This document shows positions 21,524-30,581 of a stretch of DNA of 53,982 bases, in pieces (position 1 is the first letter of the stretch; every line of letters begins with the position of its first letter). The translations under genes and the position numbers were made by a program. This DNA is from Pseudomonadota bacterium (lineage in GTDB: Bacteria > Pseudomonadota > Gammaproteobacteria > Burkholderiales > Burkholderiaceae_C). The notes under the pieces were generated by a model, which was not told the DNA's origin, did no database searches, and saw nothing but the letters and a program-made list of their open reading frames with translations. The stretch covers positions 1 to 53,982 of the forward strand of contig JAEZEB010000255.1 of NCBI GenBank assembly GCA_023438115.1, in the 5' to 3' direction.

Positions 21524-23433
21524 CCGCCAGGGATTCAGGTTCGGGAGGCATGTCGACGCGCGGAGGCGAGCGCGACAGCCTGACGAGCACGCCAACGGTG
21601 TTCGCACCGGGCGAGGACAAGCTGAGCGAACAGGAACTGCGCGCGCTGTCCCCGCAGGAAGCCGTCTGGAGCCACCGCTCCGTGCCCGCGCTCTCGCAGG
21701 CGTTGATCATGATGGTCGACGACGAGATGCTGAACATCGAGATGACGCAGGCCTTCCTGATGGAGGCCGGCTACCGGCAGTTCGTCCACACCGACCAGCC
21801 CGAACAGGCCATTCCCATGATGCGCCGCGAGGTACCCGGCGTCCTGCTGCTGGACCTGAGCATGCCGCGCGTGGGCGGGCTGGAGATCCTGGCCGCGATG
21901 CGCGACGACCCCGTGCTGCGGCACGTGCCGGTGATCGTCCTCACGATCAGCACCGATCCGCAGGTGAAGCTCAAGGCGCTGGCGCTGGGCGCGATGGACT
22001 TCCTGTCCAAGCCCGTGGACCCGAGCGAGCTGGGCCTGCGCATCCGCAACACGCTTGCGGCCAGCGCGTACCGGGACTACCTGAGCCACCACGACACGCT
22101 GACCGGCCTGCCGAACAAGCAGCGCTATCGCAAGGAAGCCGCGGACGTGCTCGTCGAGGCCACGGCCAACGGCCACTCGGGGGCGCTGCTGCACATCGGC
22201 GTCGACGCGCTCGGACGCATCAACGACGCCCTGGGCCGCGCGGCGGGCGACCACCTGCTGCAGCGCATCGCCAAGCGGCTCGCGAGCTGCGTGCAGACCG
22301 AGGCCGGTGGCGAGCTGTCCTCGGAGCAGCACCAGCCGACGCTGTACCGTTTCGATGGCGACGAGTTCGCCGTGATCGTTCCCTACATGGAAGGCGTGCA
22401 CAGCGCCGCCGCCTTCATCAACAAGCTGCTCGAGGACGCGACCGTGAGCTACCGGCGCCACGACGCGCCGGAGCTGTTCGTCACCTGCAGCATCGGCGTG
22501 TCGGTGTTCCCGGGCGACGGGCTCGACCCGGATGTCCTGATGCGCAACGCCGGCCTGGCGCTGCGACATGCCAAGCAGGCCGGCCCGCACCGCTACGAGT
22601 TCTTCTCGCCGCAGTTCAACGAGCTGGCCAAGAGCCGGCTGGATCTCAGCGCCGAGCTGCGCCACGCGATCGGCCGCGACGAGATCGAGCTGCTCTACGA
22701 GCCGGTCGTGGAGCTCGCGACCGGCCGGCTGGTGGGCGCCGGCACCATCGTGCGGTGGAACCATGCCTCCGGCCGCGTGATCGAGGGCGACGAGCTGATG
22801 GAGCTGGCGGGCAGTTCCGAGATGGACGTGGCGCTCACCGAGTGGGTATTCGAGCAGATGCGCAGGCACGTGAAGAACTGGCGCGCCGCCGGGCTGCAGC
22901 CCGTGCCCGCGGGGGTGAAGGCGTCGCTGGCCCACATGCGGCCACGCGACCTGGCGCACCTGGCCGACGCCGCCATCGCCGGCGGGATCGAGCCGCGCCT
23001 GCTGTCGCTGGAACTGCAGCAGGTGGCGAGCCTGCAGTTGCTGCCGGCGAAGGACACGGCGCCCTTGCTGGCGCTGCGCAAGAAGGGCGTGCAGCTGTCG
23101 ATCGACCGCTTCGGCTCCACGGCATCGGTGGCGCACCTGCGCCGCCTGCCTTGCGACGAGATCAAGGTGGACGCCTCCTTCATGCAGGAGCTGGAGCAGG
23201 ACGGCACCCTGCAGGCCATGCTGCTGGGCGTGGGCGACCTGGGCCGGCGGCTGCGCCTGACCTGCGTGGCCTGCGGCGTGGACACCGCGCCCAAGCTGGA
23301 CTTCCTGCGCAAGCACGGCTGGGACCAGGCGCAGGGCCGCATCTTCTCGGAACCCCTGTCGGGACTGGCTTTCGCGGCCCGGTGGCTCACGCGCAGCGGC
23401 AAGCCGCAGCGGGTGCCCATGCCGGGCGAGTAG
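21520..23433 (+). CDS. REC-GGDEF-EAL response regulator with degenerate GGDEF and EAL domains (alternative start 21550)
   Basis: VDDE..LLDLSMP..SKP receiver; [49 protein letters not shown]. Confidence 0.88.
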   Translation: MTARDSGSGGMSTRGGERDSLTSTPTVFAPGEDKLSEQELRALSPQEAVWSHRSVPALSQALIMMVDDEMLNIEMTQAFLMEAGYRQFVHTDQPEQAIPMMRREVPGVLLLDLSMPRVGGLEILAAMRDDPVLRHVPVIVLTISTDPQVKLKALALGAMDFLSKPVDPSELGLRIRNTLAASAYRDYLSHHDTLTGLPNKQRYRKEAADVLVEATANGHSGALLHIGVDALGRINDALGRAAGDHLLQRIAKRLASCVQTEAGGELSSEQHQPTLYRFDGDEFAVIVPYMEGVHSAAAFINKLLEDATVSYRRHDAPELFVTCSIGVSVFPGDGLDPDVLMRNAGLALRHAKQAGPHRYEFFSPQFNELAKSRLDLSAELRHAIGRDEIELLYEPVVELATGRLVGAGTIVRWNHASGRVIEGDELMELAGSSEMDVALTEWVFEQMRRHVKNWRAAGLQPVPAGVKASLAHMRPRDLAHLADAAIAGGIEPRLLSLELQQVASLQLLPAKDTAPLLALRKKGVQLSIDRFGSTASVAHLRRLPCDEIKVDASFMQELEQDGTLQAMLLGVGDLGRRLRLTCVACGVDTAPKLDFLRKHGWDQAQGRIFSEPLSGLAFAARWLTRSGKPQRVPMPGE

Positions 23434-23539
23434 GAGCCTGCCGCACCGGCTCCTAGTGGAATCCACGGAGTAGGCAGGCCCCGCGGCACGGGCGTAGACT
23501 GGCCGCGGGCCCATCCGGGCCGTCCGTTCAGGAGGCCCC

Positions 23540-25357
23540 TTGCAGCCGACGAACATCGCCGACCCGGCGTACTTCCACAAGGTGGTGGATTGCCAGTGGG
23601 CGTGCCCCGCGCACACCCCGGTGCCCGAGTACATCCGCCTCATCGCCCAGGGCCGCTACGGCGACGCCTACATGGTCAACTGGGTGTCGAACGTCTTCCC
23701 CGGCATCCTGGGACGCACCTGCGACCGGCCCTGCGAGCCCGCGTGCCGCCGCGGACGCGTCGAGCAGAGCAACACCGGGCAGCCGGAACCCGTGGCCATC
23801 TGCCGCCTCAAGCGCGTGGCCGCCGACATGAAGGAGGACGTGCGCGCCCGCATGCCGCAGCCGGTGCCCCGCAACGGCCGGCGCGTCGCCTGCGTGGGCG
23901 CGGGGCCGGCCTCGCTGACGGTGGCGCGCGACCTCGCGCCGCTGGGCTACGAGGTGACCGTGTTCGACGGCGAGCAGCGCCCCGGCGGCTTCATGTGGAC
24001 GCAGATCCCGCGCTTCCGCCTGCCCGAGTCGGTGATCGAGGAGGAGACGGGCTACGTGTTCGACCTCGGCGCGCGCTTCGTGGCGGGGCAGCGCATCGAA
24101 TCCATGCAGTGGCTGCTGCGGCAGGGCTTCGACGCCATCTTCGTCGGCTGCGGCGCGCCGCGCGGGCGTGACCTCGACCTGCCGGGCCGGCAGGAGGCGG
24201 CGGCGAACATCCATGTCGGCATCGACTGGCTGGCTTCGGTGTCCTTCGGGCACGTGACGAGCACAGGCCGGCGCGTGATCGTGCTGGGCGGCGGCAACAC
24301 CGCCATGGACTGCTGCCGTTCCGCGCGCCGCCTGGGCGGCGAAGACGTGAAGGTAATCGTGCGCAGCGGCTTCGAGGAGATGAAGGCCTCGCCCTGGGAG
24401 AAGGAGGATGCGATGCACGAAGGCATCCCCATCCTCAACTACCACGTGCCGAAGTCCTTCGTGCACGAGGGCGGGCGGCTCACGGGCATGACCTTCGAGG
24501 TGGTGCGCGCCGAGTACGACGCGCAGGGGCGCCGCACGCTCGTTCCCACGGGTGAGCCGGATCCCTTCTTCCCCTGCGACGAGGTGCTGATCGCGGTGGG
24601 GCAGGAGAACGCCTTTCCCTGGATCGAGCGCGACTGCGGCATCGCCTTCGACCGCTGGGGCCTGCCGCAGCTGGATGCCGCGACCTTCCAGTCCACCGTG
24701 CCGCATGTCTTCTTCGGCGGCGATGCGGCCTTCGGGCCGAAGAACATCATCACGGCGGTGGCGCATGGGCACGAGGCGGCGGTGTCCATCGCGCGCCTTC
24801 TCGATGGCGAGGACCCGCGAAAGCGGCCTTCGCCCGAGGCCAACCTGCTGTCGCAGAAGATGGGCATCCACGAGTGGAGCTACGACAACGCCACTTCACT
24901 GGACGCGCGTTTCCGCGTGCCCTGGGCCCAGGCGGAGAAGGCCCTGGCCAGCATCCGCGTGGAGGTGGAGCTCGGCTTTGACGCGGCCACCGCCTTCCGC
25001 GAGGCGCAGCGCTGCCTGAACTGCGACGTGCAGACCATCTTCAACCAGGGCACCTGCATCGAGTGCGACGCCTGCGTGGACATCTGTCCCATGGACTGCA
25101 TCACCTTCACCGCCGGGGGCGAGGAGTCGGACCTGCGGCAGCGCCTGAAGGCGCCCGCGCTGAACCCGGCGCAGGACCTGTACGTCTCGGATCCGCTCAA
25201 GACCGGCCGCGTGATGGTGAAGGACGAGGACGTCTGCCTGCATTGCGGCCTGTGCGCCGAGCGCTGTCCCACGGGCGCATGGGACATGCAGAAGCTGCAG
25301 TTCAAGACGGCGCTGGCGGCTTCGGCCCGGCGCCAGCGCACCGCGGAGGCGGCATGA
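23540..25357 (+). CDS. GltD/SudA-like FAD/NAD(P) oxidoreductase with N- and C-terminal Fe-S clusters
   Basis: GGAGG RBS then TTG; CQWACP, GRTCDRPCEPAC, VGAGPA, GGGNTAMD, CIECDACVDICP, CLHCGLCAERCP. Confidence 0.9.
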   Translation: MQPTNIADPAYFHKVVDCQWACPAHTPVPEYIRLIAQGRYGDAYMVNWVSNVFPGILGRTCDRPCEPACRRGRVEQSNTGQPEPVAICRLKRVAADMKEDVRARMPQPVPRNGRRVACVGAGPASLTVARDLAPLGYEVTVFDGEQRPGGFMWTQIPRFRLPESVIEEETGYVFDLGARFVAGQRIESMQWLLRQGFDAIFVGCGAPRGRDLDLPGRQEAAANIHVGIDWLASVSFGHVTSTGRRVIVLGGGNTAMDCCRSARRLGGEDVKVIVRSGFEEMKASPWEKEDAMHEGIPILNYHVPKSFVHEGGRLTGMTFEVVRAEYDAQGRRTLVPTGEPDPFFPCDEVLIAVGQENAFPWIERDCGIAFDRWGLPQLDAATFQSTVPHVFFGGDAAFGPKNIITAVAHGHEAAVSIARLLDGEDPRKRPSPEANLLSQKMGIHEWSYDNATSLDARFRVPWAQAEKALASIRVEVELGFDAATAFREAQRCLNCDVQTIFNQGTCIECDACVDICPMDCITFTAGGEESDLRQRLKAPALNPAQDLYVSDPLKTGRVMVKDEDVCLHCGLCAERCPTGAWDMQKLQFKTALAASARRQRTAEAA

Positions 25358-27174
25358 ACGCGATCACCGCCGTCAACGACTTCGTCATCAAGTTCGCCAA
25401 CGTCAACGGTTCGGGCTCGGCGTCCGCCAACGAGCTCTTCGCCAAGGCGATCCTGCGCATGGGCGTGCCGGTGAGCCCGCGCAACATCTTCCCCAGCAAC
25501 ATCCAGGGCCTGCCGACCTGGTACGAGGTGCGCGTCAGCGAGCAGGGCTGGCTCGGGCGCCGGGGCGGCGTCGACATGATGGTGGCGATGAACCCGCAGA
25601 CCTGGGATGCGGACGTGGAGGAGTTGTCGCCGGGCGGCTACCTGTTCTACGACAACACCCGGCCGCTGCCGCCGGCGGCGTTCCGGGACGACGTGCACGT
25701 GATCGGCATGCCGCTCACCGAAATCTGCAACGCCGTCTACGCGGACCCGCGGCAGCGCCAGCTGTTCAAGAACATCGTCTACGTGGGCGCGCTGTCCGTG
25801 CTGCTGGAGATCGACCCGGCGGAGATCGAGAAGCTGTTCGGCGAGCAGTACAGGGGCAAGGAGAAGCTGCTCGCGTCCAACGTGCAGGCGCTGCAGCTGG
25901 GGCGCGAGTTCGCGCAGGAGCACCTGCGCTGGCCGCTGGGCATCCGCGTGCGGCGCGCCGACCGGGTGGGCGACAGCATCTTCGTCGACGGCAACAGCGC
26001 GGCGGCCCTGGGTTGCGTGTATGGCGGGGCGACGGTGGCGGCCTGGTACCCGATCACGCCTTCGTCTTCCGTGGCCGAAGCCTTCCAGCGCTATTGCGGC
26101 AAGCTGCGCGTGGACGCGGACACCGGCCAGAACCGCTACGCCATCGTGCAGGCCGAGGACGAGATCGCCTCCATCGGCATGGTGGTGGGCGCGGGATGGA
26201 ACGGCGCGCGCGCCTTCACGGCGACCTCGGGGCCCGGCGTTTCTCTGATGACGGAGTTCATCGGCCTGGCGTATTTCGCGGAGATCCCGGTGACCATCAT
26301 CGACGTGCAGCGCGGCGGGCCTTCCACCGGTATGCCAACGCGCACGCAGCAGGCCGACATCCTGGCCTGCGCGCACGCCTCGCACGGAGACACCAAGCAC
26401 GTGCTGCTGTTCCCCGAGGACCCGCACGAGTGCTTCGAGCACGCGGCGCTGGCGCTGGACCTCGCGGACCGCCTGCAGACGCCTGTGTTCCTGATGACCG
26501 ACCTGGACATCGGCATGAACCAGCGCCTGTGCAAGCCCTTTGCGTGGGAAGAGGGCCGGGCGCTGGACCGCGGCAAGGTGATGTCGGCCGAGGAGCTGGA
26601 GGCCGGCCGCGACTTCGGGCGCTACAAGGACGTCGACGGCGACGGCATTCCCTGGCGCACGCTGCCCGGCACGCACCCGACCAAGGGCTCTTACTTCACT
26701 CGCGGGACGACGCGTGATCCCTACGCGCGCTATTCCGAGCGGGGCCCGGACTATGTCTACAACATGGAGCGGCTGCTGCGGAAGTTCCGCACCGCCGCCA
26801 CGCTGGTGCCGCCGCCCGTGATCCGGCTCGCGGCGCAGGAGACGGAGCTGGGCGTCATCTACTTCGGCTCCACCAGCCCGGCGATGCAGGAGGCGCTGGA
26901 GGAACTGGCCGCACGCGGCATCCACCTGGACGCGATGCGCCTGCGGGCCTATCCCTTCCCGGACAGCGTGGCGGATTTCGTCGCCCGCCACGAACGCGTC
27001 TTCGTCGTGGAGCAGAACCGCGACGCGCAGATGCGCAGCCTGCTCGTCGACGAGCTCGAGGCCGATCCCACGCGGCTGGTGAAGGTGCTGCACTACGACG
27101 GCACGCCCATCACCGCGCGCTTCATCACCGATGCGATCACGGCGCGCGCCCGCGCGGGGGAGAAGGTGCAATGA
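25354..27174 (+). CDS. 2-oxoacid:acceptor oxidoreductase alpha subunit
   Basis: ATGA overlap; WYPITPSS, QAEDEIAS, TATSGPG, QRGGPSTGMPT, VVEQN. Confidence 0.93.
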   Translation: MNAITAVNDFVIKFANVNGSGSASANELFAKAILRMGVPVSPRNIFPSNIQGLPTWYEVRVSEQGWLGRRGGVDMMVAMNPQTWDADVEELSPGGYLFYDNTRPLPPAAFRDDVHVIGMPLTEICNAVYADPRQRQLFKNIVYVGALSVLLEIDPAEIEKLFGEQYRGKEKLLASNVQALQLGREFAQEHLRWPLGIRVRRADRVGDSIFVDGNSAAALGCVYGGATVAAWYPITPSSSVAEAFQRYCGKLRVDADTGQNRYAIVQAEDEIASIGMVVGAGWNGARAFTATSGPGVSLMTEFIGLAYFAEIPVTIIDVQRGGPSTGMPTRTQQADILACAHASHGDTKHVLLFPEDPHECFEHAALALDLADRLQTPVFLMTDLDIGMNQRLCKPFAWEEGRALDRGKVMSAEELEAGRDFGRYKDVDGDGIPWRTLPGTHPTKGSYFTRGTTRDPYARYSERGPDYVYNMERLLRKFRTAATLVPPPVIRLAAQETELGVIYFGSTSPAMQEALEELAARGIHLDAMRLRAYPFPDSVADFVARHERVFVVEQNRDAQMRSLLVDELEADPTRLVKVLHYDGTPITARFITDAITARARAGEKVQ

Positions 27175-28226
27175 CCTGGATCGCCAAGCCGCCGCTGCGC
27201 CATCCGACGCTGGAGAAGAACCGCGTCGGCTACACCCGCCGCGACTACGAGGGCAAGATCTCCACGCTGTGCGCGGGGTGCGGCCACGACTCCATCTCGG
27301 CGGCCATCATCCAGGCCTGCTGGGAACTGGACATCGAGCCGCACCGCGTGGCAAAGCTGTCGGGCATCGGCTGCAGCAGCAAGACGCCGGACTACTTCCT
27401 CGGCGCGTCGCACGGCTTCAACACGGTGCACGGGCGCATGCCCTCGGTGCTGACCGGCGCCAACCTCGCCAACCGCGGCCTGCTGTACCTGGGCGTGTCG
27501 GGCGACGGCGATTCCGCCTCCATCGGCCTGGGCCAGTTCGCGCATGCGATGCGGCGGGGCGTGCGCATGGCGTACATCGTGGAGAACAACGGCGTCTACG
27601 GTCTCACCAAGGGCCAGTTCTCGGCCACGGCGGACAGCGGCTCGCGCAGCAAGAAGGGCGCGGTCAACAGCGACAGCCCGGTGGACCTGGTGGCGATGGC
27701 GCTGCAGCTGGGCGCGACCTACGTGGCGCGCGGCTTCTCCGGCGACAAGGCGCAGCTCGTTCCGCTGATCAAGGGTGCGATGACGCATGGCGGCGCCGCG
27801 TTCATCGACGTGATCAGTCCCTGCGTCGCCTTCAACAACCACCCGGGCAGCACCAAGAGCTATGACCACGTGCGCGAGCACAACGAGGCGGTGAGCCGCA
27901 TCGACTTCATCGCGCCGCGCGAGGAGATCACCGTCCAGTCAGGGCCGGGCGAGGTGGTGGATGTGCGGCAGCATGACGGCACGCTGCTGCGCCTGCGCAG
28001 CCTTCATCCCGACTACGACGCCACCGACCGCTACGCGGCCATGGCCTTCATGCAGGCGCACCAGGCGCGCGGCGAGATCCTCACCGGCCTGCTGTACGTG
28101 GACCCGCTCGCCACCGACCTGCACACCGCGCTCAACACGACGGCGCGGCCGCTCAACACGCTGGAGGCGCCGGAACTCTGTCCCGGCGCCGGCGTGCTGG
28201 AGAAGATCAACCAATCCCTGCGGTAG
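27171..28226 (+). CDS. 2-oxoacid:ferredoxin oxidoreductase beta subunit
   Basis: LCAGCGH, SGIGCS, HGR, GDGD..NN TPP motif, YGLTKGQFS. Confidence 0.93.
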   Translation: MTWIAKPPLRHPTLEKNRVGYTRRDYEGKISTLCAGCGHDSISAAIIQACWELDIEPHRVAKLSGIGCSSKTPDYFLGASHGFNTVHGRMPSVLTGANLANRGLLYLGVSGDGDSASIGLGQFAHAMRRGVRMAYIVENNGVYGLTKGQFSATADSGSRSKKGAVNSDSPVDLVAMALQLGATYVARGFSGDKAQLVPLIKGAMTHGGAAFIDVISPCVAFNNHPGSTKSYDHVREHNEAVSRIDFIAPREEITVQSGPGEVVDVRQHDGTLLRLRSLHPDYDATDRYAAMAFMQAHQARGEILTGLLYVDPLATDLHTALNTTARPLNTLEAPELCPGAGVLEKINQSLR

Positions 28227-28266
28227 CGCGGCCCGGCCGCCGCGCGCGTTCATCCCGGAGGCTGCC

Positions 28267-28707
28267 ATGCCCGAACGCACCGTCTTCCAGTCGATCCCCA
28301 AGCGCCACGTCCTGAGCCTGGCGCCGCACGCCACCGTGCGCGAGGCCGCCTGCGCGATGACCCGCGCCAACTGCGGCAGCGTGCTGGTGATGGAGCCGCC
28401 CGACCGCCTGGCGGGCATCGTGACCGAGCGCGACCTGATGACCCGCGTGCTCGCCCGCGCGCTCGATCCGCAACAGACCACGCTGGCGCAGGTGATGACG
28501 CCGCAGCCGCGCTGCGTGCCGCCGGAGATGCGCGTGTCCGACGCCGTGCTGATCATGCTGGAACGCGGCTTCCGCCACCTGCCCATCGTGGCGGCCGACC
28601 GCAGGATCCTCGGGGTGTTCTCGATCCGCGACGCGCTGCCGCGCGAGATCGGCGCCGCGCTGGGCGAAGCGGAGTTCAACGAGCAGGTGAACGACGCGCT
28701 GGGCTGA
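28267..28707 (+). CDS. CBS-domain protein
   Basis: GGAGG RBS; GIVTERDL, VMT, FRHLPIV, GVFSIRD. Confidence 0.88.
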   Translation: MPERTVFQSIPKRHVLSLAPHATVREAACAMTRANCGSVLVMEPPDRLAGIVTERDLMTRVLARALDPQQTTLAQVMTPQPRCVPPEMRVSDAVLIMLERGFRHLPIVAADRRILGVFSIRDALPREIGAALGEAEFNEQVNDALG

Positions 28708-28718
28708 GCGGTTACGGC

Positions 28719-28735
28719 TTGGCACAGCTGCTGCA
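28719..28735 (+). promoter_or_regulatory. sigma-54 (-24/-12) promoter-like site upstream of the peroxidase gene
   Basis: TTGGCAC-AGCTG-CTGCA: GG at 28721-22 and GC at 28733-34, exactly 10 nt between. Confidence 0.6.
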
Positions 28736-28811
28736 ATCCGACGCTTGATTCGCCGCCAGGCGCGCTCCAGACTCGCGCCTCACAAGGGCCCTCAGGGCCA
28801 GGGGAGGCATC

Positions 28812-29834
28812 ATGATCCGCACTCGAGGGGCGCGCGTCGCCCTTGTCGTCGTGCTTGCGGCCGCCGGCGTGCAGGCCATCGTGGTGGCGCAGGGCACCCC
28901 CCGCCAGGAACCCATCCTGCCGCTGCCCGACGAGGTGACCGATGTCGAGCCCGCCAAGGTGGCGCTGGGCGCGAAGCTGTTCGCCGACAAGCGCTTCTCC
29001 GCGGACGGCAGCGTCTCCTGCCAGTCCTGCCACCTGCCGGACGCGGGTGGGGCCGATCCGCGGCGCCATTCGGTCAGCGCCTTCGGCAAGATCCGGCCGA
29101 TCAACTCGCCCAGCATCTTCAACGTCCGCTACAACACCTCCGGCCTGAACTGGACCGGCCGCACCAAGGACCTGGAGTCGCAGATCAAGGGCTCCGTCGG
29201 CAATGCGGACACGATGGCGCACGACTGGGCGAAGGTGGTGCAGGTGCTGGCCGCCGATCCGCCCATGGTGGCCGAGTTCATGGCGGCCTACGGTGGCGAG
29301 CAACCCGTCACCCAGGAAAACGCCGCGCATGCGATCGTGAGCTTCGAGCGCTCGCTGGTCACGCCCTCGCGCTTCGACGACTGGCTCAAGGGCAACGACG
29401 GTGCGCTGAGCGCGCAGGAAAAGCGCGGCTACGAGCAGTTCAAGGCGCAGGGCTGCGTGGCCTGCCACGCCGGCATCAACGTGGGCGGGAACGCCTTCAT
29501 GAAGATGGGCCTGGCGGGCGACTACTTCGCCGAGCGCGAAAGGCGCGGGCTCGGCGCCCTGGTCGACGCCGACAAGGGCCGCTTCCTGGTGACGAAGAAG
29601 GACGAGGACCTGCACGTCTTCCGCGTGCCGCCGCTGCGCAACGTGGCGCTGACCGCGCCGTACTTCCACGACGGCTCGGTGGAGACGCTGGACGAGGCGA
29701 TCGCCTTGATGGGGCGCTTCCAGCTCGGGCGCGAGATCCCGGAAGCGGACCGCCGGGACATCGCGGCCTTCCTGCAATCGCTCACGGGCAAGGAGCTGGA
29801 GCGGCAGGCTGCGGCGCGCCGGCAGCGCAGATAG
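28812..29834 (+). CDS. di-heme cytochrome c peroxidase (CcpA/MauG family)
   Basis: signal peptide; LGAKLFADKRFS, CQSCH, NSPSIFN, CVACH, FRVPPLRNVALTAPYFHDG. Confidence 0.92.
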   Translation: MIRTRGARVALVVVLAAAGVQAIVVAQGTPRQEPILPLPDEVTDVEPAKVALGAKLFADKRFSADGSVSCQSCHLPDAGGADPRRHSVSAFGKIRPINSPSIFNVRYNTSGLNWTGRTKDLESQIKGSVGNADTMAHDWAKVVQVLAADPPMVAEFMAAYGGEQPVTQENAAHAIVSFERSLVTPSRFDDWLKGNDGALSAQEKRGYEQFKAQGCVACHAGINVGGNAFMKMGLAGDYFAERERRGLGALVDADKGRFLVTKKDEDLHVFRVPPLRNVALTAPYFHDGSVETLDEAIALMGRFQLGREIPEADRRDIAAFLQSLTGKELERQAAARRQRR

Positions 29835-29841
29835 TGCGGGC

Positions 29842-29925
29842 GTCGGGATTCGGCTGCGCCGCTCACCCCGACCTACGAAGACGCCGTGTTGAAGCGCAGG
29901 CAGGTCGGCGGTGCGCGCGAAGCCG
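29842..29925. repeat. GTAG-type REP-like inverted pair between convergent genes
   Basis: minus strand GTAGGTCGGGGTGAGCGGCGCAGCCGAATCCCGAC (29842-29876) and a degenerate opposite copy GCAGGTCGGCGGTGCGCGCGAAGCCG (29900-29925). Confidence 0.55.
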
Positions 29926-29927
29926 CC

Positions 29928-30581
29928 TCAGGCGCCGCGCTTCGCGCGCGCCCGCGCCAGCGCGGCCTCGATCACCGCCTTCTTGCGCGCGAGCTCCGCG
30001 CCTTCGGCGCCGTGCGTGAGCGCCGGCAGGTCCGCGAGCTTCTCGCGCGCCTTGCGTTCCATGCGCTCGGCGTGGTCCTGTTCCTCGCGCTTCTTGCGCA
30101 CCTTGCGCGCTTCGTAGCGGGCGAGGGCCAGATCGGCTTCCGGTTGCGACCACGCGTCCCAGCCGGTGCGGCCGCCGGTGACGTTCTCCAGCGCGATGCA
30201 GTCCACGGGACACACCGGCACGCACAGCTCGCATCCCGTGCAATAGGGCTCGATCACGGTGTGCATGCGCTTGTTGCCGCCCAGGATGGCGTCGGTGGGG
30301 CAGGCGTCCAGGCACAGGGTGCAGCCTATGCACCAGTTCTCGTCGATGACGGCGACCGTGCGCGGACCTTCGACGCCGTTGTCGGGATTCAGCGGAACCA
30401 CGGGTCGGCCTGTCAGCACCGACAGGCGCCGGATGCCTTCGGCGCCACCGGGCGGGCACTGGTTGATCTGCGCCTCGCCGGCGGCGATGGCCTCGGCATA
30501 GCCTTCGCAGTCCGGGTAGCCGCAGCGCGTGCACTGCGTCTGGGGCAGGGCGGCGTGCAGCGGCGCCGCCGCGCGGTTCAT
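29928..30581 (-). CDS. rsxB: electron transport complex subunit RsxB/RnfB-like Fe-S protein
   Basis: [46 protein letters not shown]; start overlaps phaZ stop. Confidence 0.88.
   Translation of the reverse strand: MNRAAAPLHAALPQTQCTRCGYPDCEGYAEAIAAGEAQINQCPPGGAEGIRRLSVLTGRPVVPLNPDNGVEGPRTVAVIDENWCIGCTLCLDACPTDAILGGNKRMHTVIEPYCTGCELCVPVCPVDCIALENVTGGRTGWDAWSQPEADLALARYEARKVRKKREEQDHAERMERKAREKLADLPALTHGAEGAELARKKAVIEAALARARAKRGA

Noticed and set aside
7645..23539. Secretion locus as a mobile genomic island
   Set aside because: No integrase, transposase, flanking tRNA or direct repeats seen; it is accessory-looking but mobility is unsupported
29928..30581. Complete Rnf/Rsx complex
   Set aside because: Only the B-like subunit is present; a stand-alone rsxB next to phaZ is, to my knowledge, ordinary in Burkholderiales
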